A stretch of DNA of 64,000 nt. Source: Eledone cirrhosa (taxonomy: Eukaryota). Position 1 is the first letter of the stretch; each line of letters begins with the position of its first letter. The translations under genes were made by a program, and so were the position numbers. This document shows positions 1 to 10,590 of this stretch, piece after piece. Below the pieces are notes generated by a model. It searched no databases. It worked only from the letters and a program-made list of their open reading frames with translations, and was not told the DNA's origin. Location of the stretch: contig OZ024740.1 in the NCBI GenBank assembly GCA_964016885.1, positions 365,180,001 to 365,244,000 on the forward strand. Direction: 5' to 3'.

Positions 1-592
1 GACTACGTTGGTATGGTCACGTGATGCGAATGAAAGACGACAGCTGTATAAAAAAGTGCAGGGCAATAAAAATAGACGGTAGCCACGGAGTAGGCAGACC
101 CAGAAAAACATGGGACGATTTGATAAATTCTGACCTCACACACTTACACCTCTCCAAGACAATGTCACTGGACCGAGAGCTTTGGCGCTACACAGTAATA
201 GAGAAGACCCGCCTTACCTAAGTACAAAGTGAAACCTACTACAGTCAGTAGGCACCTCTGACAAAATACACCCCGTCCCACTACCCCCACCCCATCCACA
301 CCACCCTTTCTTTGTAAAGTTATGTTGGAGTCACAACATCCAGCCCGAAACAAATGAGGTTGTGTAGGTGTCACGACAAAAAAACACAGTCCACGCTGTA
401 GGCAACACGGTAAAAACCTCCCAGACCCACACTGTAAATGTGGTTGGTGTTAGGAAGGGCATCCAGCCGTAGAAAACCCGCCAGACAGTCCTACGCGAGC
501 AAGACAACCACTCTTGCCTCAAGTGGGAAAACACCCGTCCAAACCCATGCAAGCGTGGAACATGGACGTTAAACGATGATGATGATGATGAT
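1..592 (+). mobile_element. RTE-clade LINE, 3' end (ORF C-terminus, 3' UTR and (GAT)n tail); runs off the window start
   Basis: Translation LRWYGHVMRMKDDSCIKKC...GRPRKTW...DRELWR...KTRLT* (stop at 221) is the typical RTE ORF C-terminus; 3' UTR ends CATGCAAGCGTGGAACATGGACGTTAAAC(GAT)n at ~547-592. Confidence 0.9.
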
Positions 593-849
593 TACTATTA
601 TATATATATATTTATATAATATATATATTACTATTATATATATATATTATATATATATATATATTACTATTATATATATATATTATATATATATATATAT
701 TACTATTATATATATATATTACTATTATATATATATATATATATTACTATTATATATATATATATTATATATATATATATATATGTTACTATTATATATA
801 TTACTATATATATATTATATATATATATATATATTATATATATATATAT
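593..849. repeat. Compound (TA)n/(TATTAC) microsatellite
   Basis: Almost pure T/A tract with periodic TTAC/TTAT interruptions. Confidence 0.95.
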
Positions 850-1221
850 GTTAGTGGTTAGAGCATTGGCCTTGCAATCGAAAGGTTATGAGTTCAATTC
901 TTGGGCCGGGTGATGTGTTGTTTCCTTGAGCAAGACACTTTATTTCACATTGCTCCAGTTTACTCAGCTGTAGAAATGAGATGATAGGACTGGGTTCCCT
1001 ATGATTCCACTGTAAAGTCGTCGTGGAGGTGCCATGGCAAAAAAGCACCCAGCCCACACTGTAAAGTGGACGTGTAGGCTCCACGCAAAAAAAGCACCCA
1101 GCACTCACTGTAAATGAGTTTGGTGTTAGGAAGGGCCACCAGCTGTAGAAATCAAGCCAGAATCAGTTCCCGTCCCACCCTTGCAAGCAGGGAAAACCGG
1201 ACGTAAAATGATGATGATGAT
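850..1221 (+). mobile_element. Chimeric tRNA-derived SINE with RTE-derived 3' tail
   Basis: A box-like TTAGTGGTTAGAG, B box-like GAGTTCAATTC, CORE-like CCTTGAGCAAGACACTT; ~1013-1168 matches 7697-7850; the last ~50 nt match the 3' end of the LINE at 1363-2915; (GAT)n tail. Confidence 0.8.
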
Positions 1222-1362
1222 ATATATATGTATATATATATACATAGATATATATACATATATAAATATATATATATACATATATATATATACATATACA
1301 TATATATACATATATATATATATACATATATATATATACATATATACATATATATATATATA

Positions 1363-2915
1363 CATCATCATCATCATCATCATCATCATCATTTTACGTC
1401 CGCTTTTCCCTGCTTGCAAGGGTGGGACGGGTCTTATTCAGCACAGCATCTCTCCACTCGTCACGGTCCTTCGTCATCTCCACCGTGAGCTTCAATGATC
1501 TGAGGTCTGTTCTCACCACCTCCGCCCATGTTTTTCGTGGTCTACCTCTACCACGTCTTGCTTCAACTGGCATTTCCTGGCACTTCTTCACCCATCGGTC
1601 ATCCTCCATGCGCATCACATGTCCATACGACCTCAGTCTCCTCTCCCGCACACTACATTCTGTCCCTCTCAGACACAGTTTCTATCTCAACACATTTATG
1701 CTGGGTCGTTCACGCACATTTATACTGCACATCCAACGGAGCATGCTTGCTTCTCCAGCCGTCGCATATCCTCTGCAGTTGCTGCCCATGTCTCACTACC
1801 ATGCAGCATCGCGCTCCTCACACAGGCATCATACAACCGGCCTTTCGTACGCAGGGAGAAACCCTTCTTCGTCAACAGAGGAAGCAGCTCCCTAAACTTC
1901 TTCCAACCCGTCCTTATTCTAGATACTATGGCCTCGGAACACCCTCCTCCCATGCTAATCTGATCTCCTAGTTACCGGAAGCTATCCACCACTTCTATAG
2001 CGCCCTCCTGCATCTGAAAAATGTCTCTATCAATGCGACTTCTACTGTCTAATTTCCCTGTCCATCTACTGCATACATATTTCTCCCTACCTGTTAGTTT
2101 GCCTACTATCCCGCTACATCTCTTGTGTACCCAGGATCTGCATTGTGTACATTTTATAGAATTTATGCCAGTTCCTTTTCTCCATATCGAACATGGCCAT
2201 TTCCCTGACGGAATCAGGGTTTTGTCCTCTTTTCTACTCATCAACACTTTTGTCTTAGCTAGATTCACTCTCAGTCCTCTTGCTTCCAACTGCTGTTTCC
2301 ATAGCCAGAATTTATTCTCTAGCTCCTCTACTGATTCTGCTATAAGAACCAGATCGTCAGCATAGAGAAGTTCCCATGGACAGCCAGTCTTAAACTCCTC
2401 TGTTATGGCTTGGAGGACTATAATGAACAAGAGCGGGCTGAGGACTGAACCCTGATGTACTCCTACTTGTATCTGGAATTCCTCACTAAACTCCATTCCT
2501 ACCCTGACTTTACTGAGAGTACCTCTGTACAAAGTTTGCACTGTCCTCACAAGCCATTCCTCAACACCTAGCTTCCTTAGGGACCACCAGATGACAGATC
2601 GGGGTACTCTATCAAAGGCCTTCTTTAGGTCAACAAAGGCTAAGTATAGTGGCTTATTCTTCTCTAAGAACCTCTCTTGCAATTGTCTCACCAAGAAGAG
2701 GGCATCTGTTGTACTCTTCCCAGGCACAAAACCAAACTGCATCTCATCTAGTTTGACACTTTCTCTAATTAGTTGTGCTAAAATCATTTCTGCCACTTTC
2801 ATAACCTGATCTATCAGTTTTATACGCCTATAATTGCCCCTCTCCAGAGCATCCCCTTTACCTTTGTAAAAATTAATGAGAATACTGCTGAACCAGTCTT
2901 TGCGTATGACACCAC
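1363..2915 (-). pseudogene. 5'-truncated RTE-clade LINE, reverse transcriptase pseudogene
   Basis: ORF 1972-2915 has RT motifs QFGFVPGKSTTDA, AFVDLKKAFDRV, GVHQGSVLSP, LLYADD and a Cys/His-rich segment; premature TAA at ~1972 and a frameshift near 1740; C-terminus GRPRKTW...[13 protein letters not shown] runs straight into a (GAT)n tail ((CAT)n on + at 1363-1392). Confidence 0.93.
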
Positions 2916-2916
2916 C

Positions 2917-3013
<97 letters not shown>

Positions 3014-3094
3014 TATATACATAGTCATTATGTAGTAGTTGATGGTAAGTACTGCGCTCCACTTGATATAAATTGCCATATATACATATATATA

Positions 3095-4562
3095 GGTTCA
3101 CATGAGCGAAGCTGAACCGGGACAAGTCCATCAGTTTGCAACTCGGATCGTGGAGAGGCAAACCGATGACTTCCGATGGCGGTGTTGGACGCTGGACGGA
3201 AGGACCGGTAAAGCTGCTCGGGGTCTGGTTTAGTCCGGACCTCCAGGTGGAGAAGAACTCGAGCGAGGTGACCCCCAAGATGTTTGCCCATAAGTGGGCC
3301 GAGTGCAAACTATCCTTGAAAGGTCGAGCGGAGGGGGAGAACACTTTTATAGCGTCCGTCATCTACTACCGCTTGACTGTCGTGCCTTGTCCAGCCAAAA
3401 CACTCACCAAAATGGAGCGCACACTCTTCCAATTCCTTTGGAAGAAGCGGGCTCCTTTGGTGAGAAGATCCGTCTACTGCCAACACCCTTCCAAACGGAG
3501 GGCTGGGGATGCCGTGGCTGACGATGCGCCAACATGCGCTCAGACTGCGGCATCTCTTCCTATGTGTGGGCCCCGTTCGTGAGGCGAGCCTTCCCACGAA
3601 CGTCTCGCTGACCGAGCTGCAGTCCTGGGTCAAGCAAAGACCGAGGAAAATGGGCAACTGGCACATGGAATGTGCTCAGGCGGACCCGGCGATCAGTGGA
3701 GACTCCACTTCGTCATTCTATAGAGGGTTGACCTGCAGCAAGTGCGAAGACGCGCTCGAAGAAGCTCTGTGCGTAGAGGAAGACGAACTAGCCAGTCTGT
3801 TCGGTAGGACCTTCCGCCCGGGACCGATGGACAACTTCCAAATATCCCTAGCCTGGTAGTGCTACCAAGGAGCTCTACAGACATGGGCACCCGGGCAGGG
3901 ACCCTTCGAAAAAGATCTGTCCGAGATGCGTTCGAGACGAAGAAACCGTCGTGCACGCATTCATACACTGCCCGGGCGTTACCGACCTGTGGGGCTATGT
4001 AGAACGACTATTGTCACAGGTGGGACCAATCCGGTTGACCACCGAGTCCATTGTCATGATCAAACCGCCACCCTTGTTCAAAAACAAAGGAGAGGCGGTT
4101 TTCCTTTGTGTGATAGCTATGGCGAAAGTGGTTGTATGGTGGACGAGGTTAAAAGGGCTGAGGTCAGACACCTTTCTCTCCGGCCAACAACTGATTCTTT
4201 TTTTCAAATACCACTTTGGAAGAAGAATCAGGATGGAGAGAGAGGTGCTGTACCCCAGCAAGTTTTATGAAAGGTGGATGAAAGTGGCGAGAATGGCCCG
4301 AGTGAATGGGCCTTCTCTCTATGAGCCTGTAGGTTGAGGAAAAGGAGGAAGAGAGGAAAGGGGTACAAACTCTTCTGGAGATGAGGGTTGCACATTTTTT
4401 CGGGGGTATGTGTTACCCATATGAAATGTCTCCCCCTATTGGGGAAAATCGATTAACTTTTCAATTGCATTTGTGATAATATTTTACACATTTTTATTGT
4501 ATGTAAACTTCCCCCTTTGTATTTGTCCCCTTCTTTTGTGCCCCTGTGGCTAATAAAGAAAC
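3095..4562 (+). pseudogene. L1/Tx1-clade non-LTR retrotransposon, 5'-truncated ORF2 C-terminus and 3' UTR
   Basis: Frameshifted peptides VKLLGVWF, LSLKGRA...IYYRLTVVPCP...FQFLWK, GG(L)GMPWL and zinc-knuckle-like ET..HAFIHCP..LW; T-rich 3' UTR with AATAAA at 4552. Confidence 0.85.
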
Positions 4563-4572
4563 ATATATATAT

Positions 4573-4844
4573 ATCATCATTTCATTTTACGTCCACTTTT
4601 CCCTGCTTGCAAGGGTGAGACGGGAACTGATTCTGGCTTGATTTCTACAGCTGGATGCCCTTCCTAACACCAACCTCATTTACAGTGAGTGCTGGGTGCT
4701 TTTTTGCCGTGGCACCTGCACGACCACTTTGCAGTGGAATGATAGGGACCCCAGTCCTATCATCTCATTTCTACTGCTGAGTAAACTGGAGCAATGTGAA
4801 ATAAAGTGTCTTGCTCAAGGAAACAACACATCACCCGGTCTGAG

Positions 4845-4851
<7 letters not shown>
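4573..4851 (-). mobile_element. Second, inverted copy of the chimeric SINE at 850-1221 (5'-truncated, one internal unit shorter)
   Basis: Reverse complement aligns to ~893-1215 with the same internal junctions. Confidence 0.85.
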
Positions 4852-4910
<59 letters not shown>

Positions 4911-5358
4911 GTTGTTGTATCTGTGTGTGTGTCCTCATATTTGCAAAGTCTATACAAATCCACATTTCTACTCCGATTGACTTCAAACTTGCATTTATAT
5001 ATTCCTTGCGGTCTAAAGATATTAACTGCATCTTTTATTTTTCAATTTTCTGTTGTTAAAGGGGTGTTAGGCACCGGTTATTCATCTCAGTCACACTCTT
5101 ATAATATCTGTTTGTATGCCTGGCTGTCTGCATTATGACATTCTGACGAACATTGATGACGTATTATGTTCCCTATTATCCATTCTTTGCCAGGGAACGT
5201 CTTCACGAACTAAAGTATCGTCTTCCTGTTTTCCTTCGGTTGCAACGTTTTTCGAAATATCTACTTCTGCGTTCGCATATTGATGTTTTTAGTTTCATAA
5301 GATCCCGTTAATGGTGAAAGCAACGATTCTTTGCTTAAACTTTAATCTGTTATTTTAA

Positions 5359-8300
5359 TCTATATATGTATATATATATATATATATATAGCTTAGTTGT
5401 CAGCGACATCACGGTCAGAACTAGACGAACCTGGAAACAGAGGCCAACCTGGAGAAGAAAGATCTGGAAGCTGAAAGACCCCTCAGCCAGTAACAGATTT
5501 AAAGATATTTTACTCAACGCCTACGACAGTAGAGAAGAACAGATAGAGACATTCAATGTAGAAGAGCACTGGGAGTTCCTAAAAAATAACTTACTAGAGG
5601 CAACGGATGAGGTCTGTGGCTGGAGTAAGACCACAAGCAGGAGGAGAGTGACTTGGTGGTGGAACAATAAGGTAGATGAGGCAGTTAAGGCCAAGAGACA
5701 GGCATGGAAAGAATGGAAGAACGGGGGGAGCAGGGTACATTACATAGAGACCAAGAGGGAAGCTAGGCGACAAATATACTTAGCTAGGAGAGAAGCAGAG
5801 GATAGAAAATTCAAGCATGTTTTGCAACGAGAGGACCAGAAACAGGAGGTGTTCAAGATTGCGAGGCAGTGTGTCAGAGAGAATTGTGATGTCATTGGAG
5901 AGAAGTGTATCCGGAATGATAAAGGTGAACTTGCCCTCACAAGTGCTGAGAAGAAAGATGCATGGAAGAGTCATTATGATAGATATTACTAAATGAGGAG
6001 AATGCATGGGAATAAGAGACCCTACCCCAAGCAGACCCTATAGAGGGGCCAGCAGTACAAGTCAGCAGCAGCGTAGTAAGTAAGGCAATCAAAGATATGA
6101 AGATGGGGAAGGCAACCGGTCCATCGGGCATAGCTGCCGAGATGCTGAAGGCATCTGGGTCTGTAGGTCACACTATAACCACACGTATTGTTAACCAGGT
6201 AATACTAGAAGGTGTCATACCAAAAGATTGGTGCAGTAGCATCATTGTCAACTGCTACAAAGGTATAGGTGATGCACTCGATAGAGGAAACTATAGAGGT
6301 ATAAAGCTGATGGACCAGGTCATGAAAGTAACAGAAAGAGTTATAGCACAGTTGATAATGGACCTGGTGAAACTAGATGAGATGTCATTTGGGTTTGTAC
6401 CAGGAAGAGGCACCACTGATGGCCTCTTCCTTGTGAGGCAGTTACAGGAAAAGTACCTAGCTAAAAGTAATCCACTCTACCTGTCATTCGTCGATCTCAA
6501 TAAAGCCTTTGATAGAGTTCCACGTGCTGTAATCTGGTGGGCTCTTAGAAAACTAGGAGTAGATGAATGGCTTGTGAAAGCTGTACAAGCCATGTACAGG
6601 GGAGCAGTCAGCAAAGTTAGGATTAGCAATGAGTATAGCGTACAGGTTGGTGTCCACCGGGGCTCTGTTCTTAGCCCTCTCCTGTTCATCATAGTCCTGC
6701 AGGCAATAACGGAGGAGTTTAACACCGGATGCCCATGGGAACTCCTGTATGCTGATGACCTCGCACTTATAGATGAATCTATGGTAGAACTAGAGAAGAA
6801 ATTCCAAACTTGGAAGCAGGGACTAGAAAGAAAGGGTCTCAAAGTCAACATGAGAAAGACCTTAGACTAAGGTCTTTGTAAGTAGACGAGAAAACAGTAT
6901 GTAGGAAAGGTGTAGGTAGGAACTCCATTCTCTGCGCCAAATGCAAACAATGGGTACACAAGAGATGTAGCGGGATCTCAGGAAGCTTAATGAAGAATGT
7001 AGGCTTCACATGCAGCAGCTGTACTGGGACAGCAAGCAGCAAACAGCCACAGGAAACAAGTACAACCAATCTCTGGGAGGACTCTGTAGAGACAGTAGAC
7101 AACTTCTGCTACCTAGGTGACCGAATTAGCAGCGGAGGTGGGTGTTCAGAAAGTACAATAACTAGGGTAAGAACGGGATGGAAGCAGTTCAGGGAACTAC
7201 TGCCACTGCTAGCTGCAAAAGGCTTCTCCCTCAAAATGAAAGGCAGACTGTATGATGTGTGTATCCGAACAGCAATGTTACATGGTAGTGAGACCTGGGC
7301 ACTGAAGGTGGAAGACTTGCGTAGATTAGAGAGAAACGAAGCCTGCATGCTCCGATGGATGTGTAATAGTAATATACGCGACCGACAAAGCATAAATGAA
7401 TTGAGAGAGAGACTGAGCATAAGAGGAATCAAATGCTGTGTGCAGGAGAGGCGGTTGCGTTGGTATGTACATGTGATGCGTTTGAAGGATGACAGCTGCA
7501 TAAAAAGGTGCAGAGCACTAGAAGTCGATGGAAACCGCGGAGAGGGGAGACCCAAGATGACCTGGGATGAGGTGATAAAAGCCGACCTTACCCAATTACA
7601 CCTCTCCAAGGCGATGACACACGACCGTGACCTCTGGCGTCACGCAGTAATACAGAGTACCCGACCTCCCATGGGTACAAGCTGAAGCATATAGACAAGG
7701 TGGTCGTGGAGGTGCCACGGCAAAAAAGCACCCAGCCCACACTGTAAAGTGGACGTGTAGGCGCCACGAAAAAGCACCCAGCACTCACTGTAAATGAGGT
7801 TGGTGTTAGGAAGGGCATCCAGCTATAGAAATCAAGCCAAATCAGTCCTGTATGAGCAAGGCATGGTCAGCCGACCAGACACTGCCCACAACAGGACAAG
7901 CCATCTAACCCATGCTAGCGTGGAAGAACGGACGTAAAACGGTAATGATGATAATGAAAATTGAGGAAGGATGTATGTATGTATGTATGTATGTGTGTGT
8001 GTGTGTGTGAAACCCGAGAAGTACCCAACCACTTTTTTTCAAACTTTACATGTGTTTTACTTATATTTCAGGAAGTGTTATGCACATAAAAAAAATTCAA
8101 CTTTTTGATTCCCTAGGGCCCACATTAGGTGAAAAACTGCGTTTTTTTTTTCAGCTTTGTAGGGGTTTTTTGAGGCGTTATGTCAGACCGATTTCCTTGA
8201 AATTGTAATTATGTATTAGTCAGTCTCCTCTTCATACCGTGAGCAATGAAAATCCAACTTTTTTCATGGCCTCGGTCCCGCATTAGGTGAAAAACTTTTT

Positions 8301-8598
8301 TTTTTTCAGCTTTTTAGAGCTTTTTTGAGGCATCACGTCTAGCCAATTTTTCCGAAATTTCAAGACATATTATGCACATTAAAAAAATTCATTTTCTTGA
8401 TCCCCTAAGGCCCGCACTATGTGAAAACCTGCATTTTTCCTGCTTCATCGAGGAAAATCTTAGATTATCCAGCCATCAGAGTATTCGATTTATTTTCTTT
8501 ACATATTGTTCAGGCATGCAGTTTTTCCACGATTAGGTCTGTTGGCGGCCCACATTCCAAAATACCTTATCCCGTGCAACGCCGGGTACCACTGCTAG
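5359..8598 (+). mobile_element. Non-autonomous Helitron (body ~7958-8598), probably interrupted by an RTE LINE
   Basis: 3' end CCCGTGCAACGCCGGG hairpin (8571-8586), then CTAG (8595-8598) followed by T; body has (GTAT)n/(GT)n and three subrepeats GCCCRCAYTAKGTGAAAA; candidate 5' end A|TC(TA)n at 5358/5359. The 3' end is well supported; the 5' assignment is inferred. Confidence 0.65.
5390..7957 (+). pseudogene. 5'-truncated RTE-clade LINE (linker, RT, C-terminus, extended 3' UTR)
   Basis: ORFs 5366-5992, 6097-6870 and 6990-7685 are consecutive pieces of one RTE ORF (TWWWN, GKATGPSGI, FVDLNKAFDRV, LLYADD, GRPKMTW) broken by frameshifts and deletions; tail CATGCTAGCGTGGAAGAACGGACGTAAAAC then GAT-like repeats. 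Confidence 0.93.
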
Positions 8599-8630
<32 letters not shown>

Positions 8631-8754
8631 TATACATATACACTGCAAGAAGCAAAGAAAATATCAATGATATGAAAAGATTTCCTGGTGGAAATTCAGG
8701 TAAACTCCGGGTGTAAATCCAGTTTCAGAGTGAAAATCCAATTTGAAAATCCAG

Positions 8755-9030
8755 CGAATTTCCATGCATGGGTTAGGTGGAATGTCATGTTGTCATATTC
8801 TAGGGCTAGACCAGCCAGGTGTCCATGTCTTGCTCATTGGCTGAATGCCTTTCCTAATGCCAACCACTTCACAGTGTGTACTAGGAGCATTTTATCGCAT
8901 TAGCATTATCACCTTACATGGTGAACTTGGCATTTTTTGTTGTAGCATCAGCACTACCACTTTACTTTGTGCTTTATCACTACACCAACACGGCCATTTT
9001 ACAGCATGGGCTGAGTGTATTTTGTCCTTG
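8755..9030 (-). mobile_element. Solo degraded copy of the RTE-associated 3' module
   Basis: TTTCCATGCATGGGTTAG...GCCTTTCCTAATGCCAACCACTTCACAGTG plus tandem units; reverse complement of 7686-7957. Similar copies at ~23440-23720, 41985-42215, 45200-45500, 52745-53040 (-) and 59520-59705. Confidence 0.75.
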
Positions 9031-9585
9031 GGAAGGGCGTTATGAGATTGAAACCAAGCTATGTGTTGATTATTTGGGCAGAGGGGGGTCATCTCACAGT
9101 GGGAGAGTAAGTGTCAAGTTATGGAAGTGACCTTGATACAAATGAGTCTTGTCTGGAATTATATTGTGGGACTTGCCTGGCCTTCTATGTTTGAATGGGT
9201 TGGACAGAGTTGGTGAATCAAGTATGTAAATGTAAGGGGTGGCATAGCCTAGGTTTGATGGAGGGGCATATTGTGTGAGGGGATGTGCCTTGACTTTCCA
9301 CACTGATATGGGTTGGACAAGAAAGGTGAGTGGAAGGTGTACTAAAGTAGAGACTTAGAAAGGAGAGAAGGAATTGGGTGAGAGAACAAAGAGCTTACTG
9401 GCAGGCTGAGACCCAAATGTTGTTCCACTTCTCTGCTTCATCCCTGGGAAGACTAGTCTTAAGTAGTATGGCATATCATCAGTCAGCTTGATCCTGGATC
9501 ATCTCCTTTATGAAGTTCAGGTCATGCTTTAACAAATCATCATGTATCTATATCATCACAGGCTCCTGCAAACTGCATCTGATTC

Positions 9586-9671
<86 letters not shown>

Positions 9672-9673
<2 letters not shown>

Positions 9674-9710
9674 TAGTTGTAAGTAGTATCCAGCATTGCA
9701 CAGGAAAGAG
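9672..9710 (-). mobile_element. Degenerate Helitron 3' terminus
   Basis: Reverse complement reads CCTGTGCAATGCTGGATACTACTTACAACTAGTA, resembling 8571-8600, and abuts (TA)n. Confidence 0.45.
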
Positions 9711-10009
9711 ATGGCTTAGTCAGTGGACAAGTTCTTGGAAAATAATAATTGCAACCTGCCTGAATATATTATTCAAAAAACATTACGTTTATATTCAGTG
9801 TGTTTGTGGGTTCTTGCTTTTGTCCTGTAGCGTAGTAGTTTGGAAAATAGCGATCAATAATAAGTACTGGCATCAATCAATATCATTGCTGAAACTCTTT
9901 AAGACATTGTATGGTCATAAACCAGTTGAATGACTGAAACCAAATCAGTGGAAATCTGATACATTTTTATTGTTATTATTCATTTGTTTTGTTTATTGTA
10001 TGTATATGA

Positions 10010-10590
10010 AACACCACAGCCCTTCACCACCTTTAAATAAGAAGAACATGCAATTAGTAGAGCCCTTACATTTTCTCCAAATGCTAGGCATAATTTTCTC
10101 TAAAGATCTTTCATGGTGACTGCACATCCTGAACATAGCTAGAACTGCATCTCACAGACTTGTCCTTCTCTTCAGTGCTAGAAAATAATTAAGACCCTTA
10201 AAATGTTCACATAAAACCCACAGCTGAGTTATGATCTTACATCTAGGATGGTGCTGCTGCCACACACACATCCTAAACCACATCCAGAAAAAAGCCACTC
10301 ATCTGATTGGCATAAAGCCACTAACAGGCACTGCAGCCTCTGGCCCACATTTCTACTGCTGCTTCAATAACATTTGCTCCCTGGAGCTGGTTAACCACAT
10401 ACCATTTTCACACAACCACTCTTACTTCACTCGTCTCATCTCTCATCACCAATATTGTATCCAACTTCATGTGCCTCTGCACTAACCACATCTCATCCTT
10501 CCTCTCCAGAATGTCATTCCTTTCACATATCGTTCATGCAGTAGTCGACTTGTAACAGTTTAAACTGAACATCAGCAGTTTTAATCTTTA
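10010..10590 (+). pseudogene. Degraded CR1/Jockey-group LINE, 3' part of ORF2
   Basis: LQMLGIIFSKDLSW*LHILNIARTASHRLVLLFSARK, then IQKKATHLIG and FY..FNNICSLEL, typical of the CR1-like post-RT region. Related scraps at ~28190-28510 and ~38815-38935 (SQSFLTRRSALWNSL). Confidence 0.65.

Noticed and set aside
576-1498. Several ORFs rich in YI/IY/MM repeats
   Set aside because: They are translations of (TA)n and (GAT)n microsatellites, not genes.
1422-2809. Plus-strand ORFs of 72-157 aa
   Set aside because: Antisense shadows of the minus-strand RTE ORF.
1972-3012. 346-aa ORF as an active reverse transcriptase gene
   Set aside because: The N-terminus is microsatellite-derived; the element lacks the endonuclease and has a downstream stop and frameshift.
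7697-7800. Regularly spaced AAAAAGCACCCAG units resembling a CRISPR array
   Set aside because: Eukaryotic context, the spacers are homologous to each other and there are no cas genes; these are internal tandem units of a retroelement 3' module.
9100-9440. Purine-rich block possibly encoding a CR1 endonuclease remnant on the minus strand
   Set aside because: Only vague motif similarity; too degraded to call.
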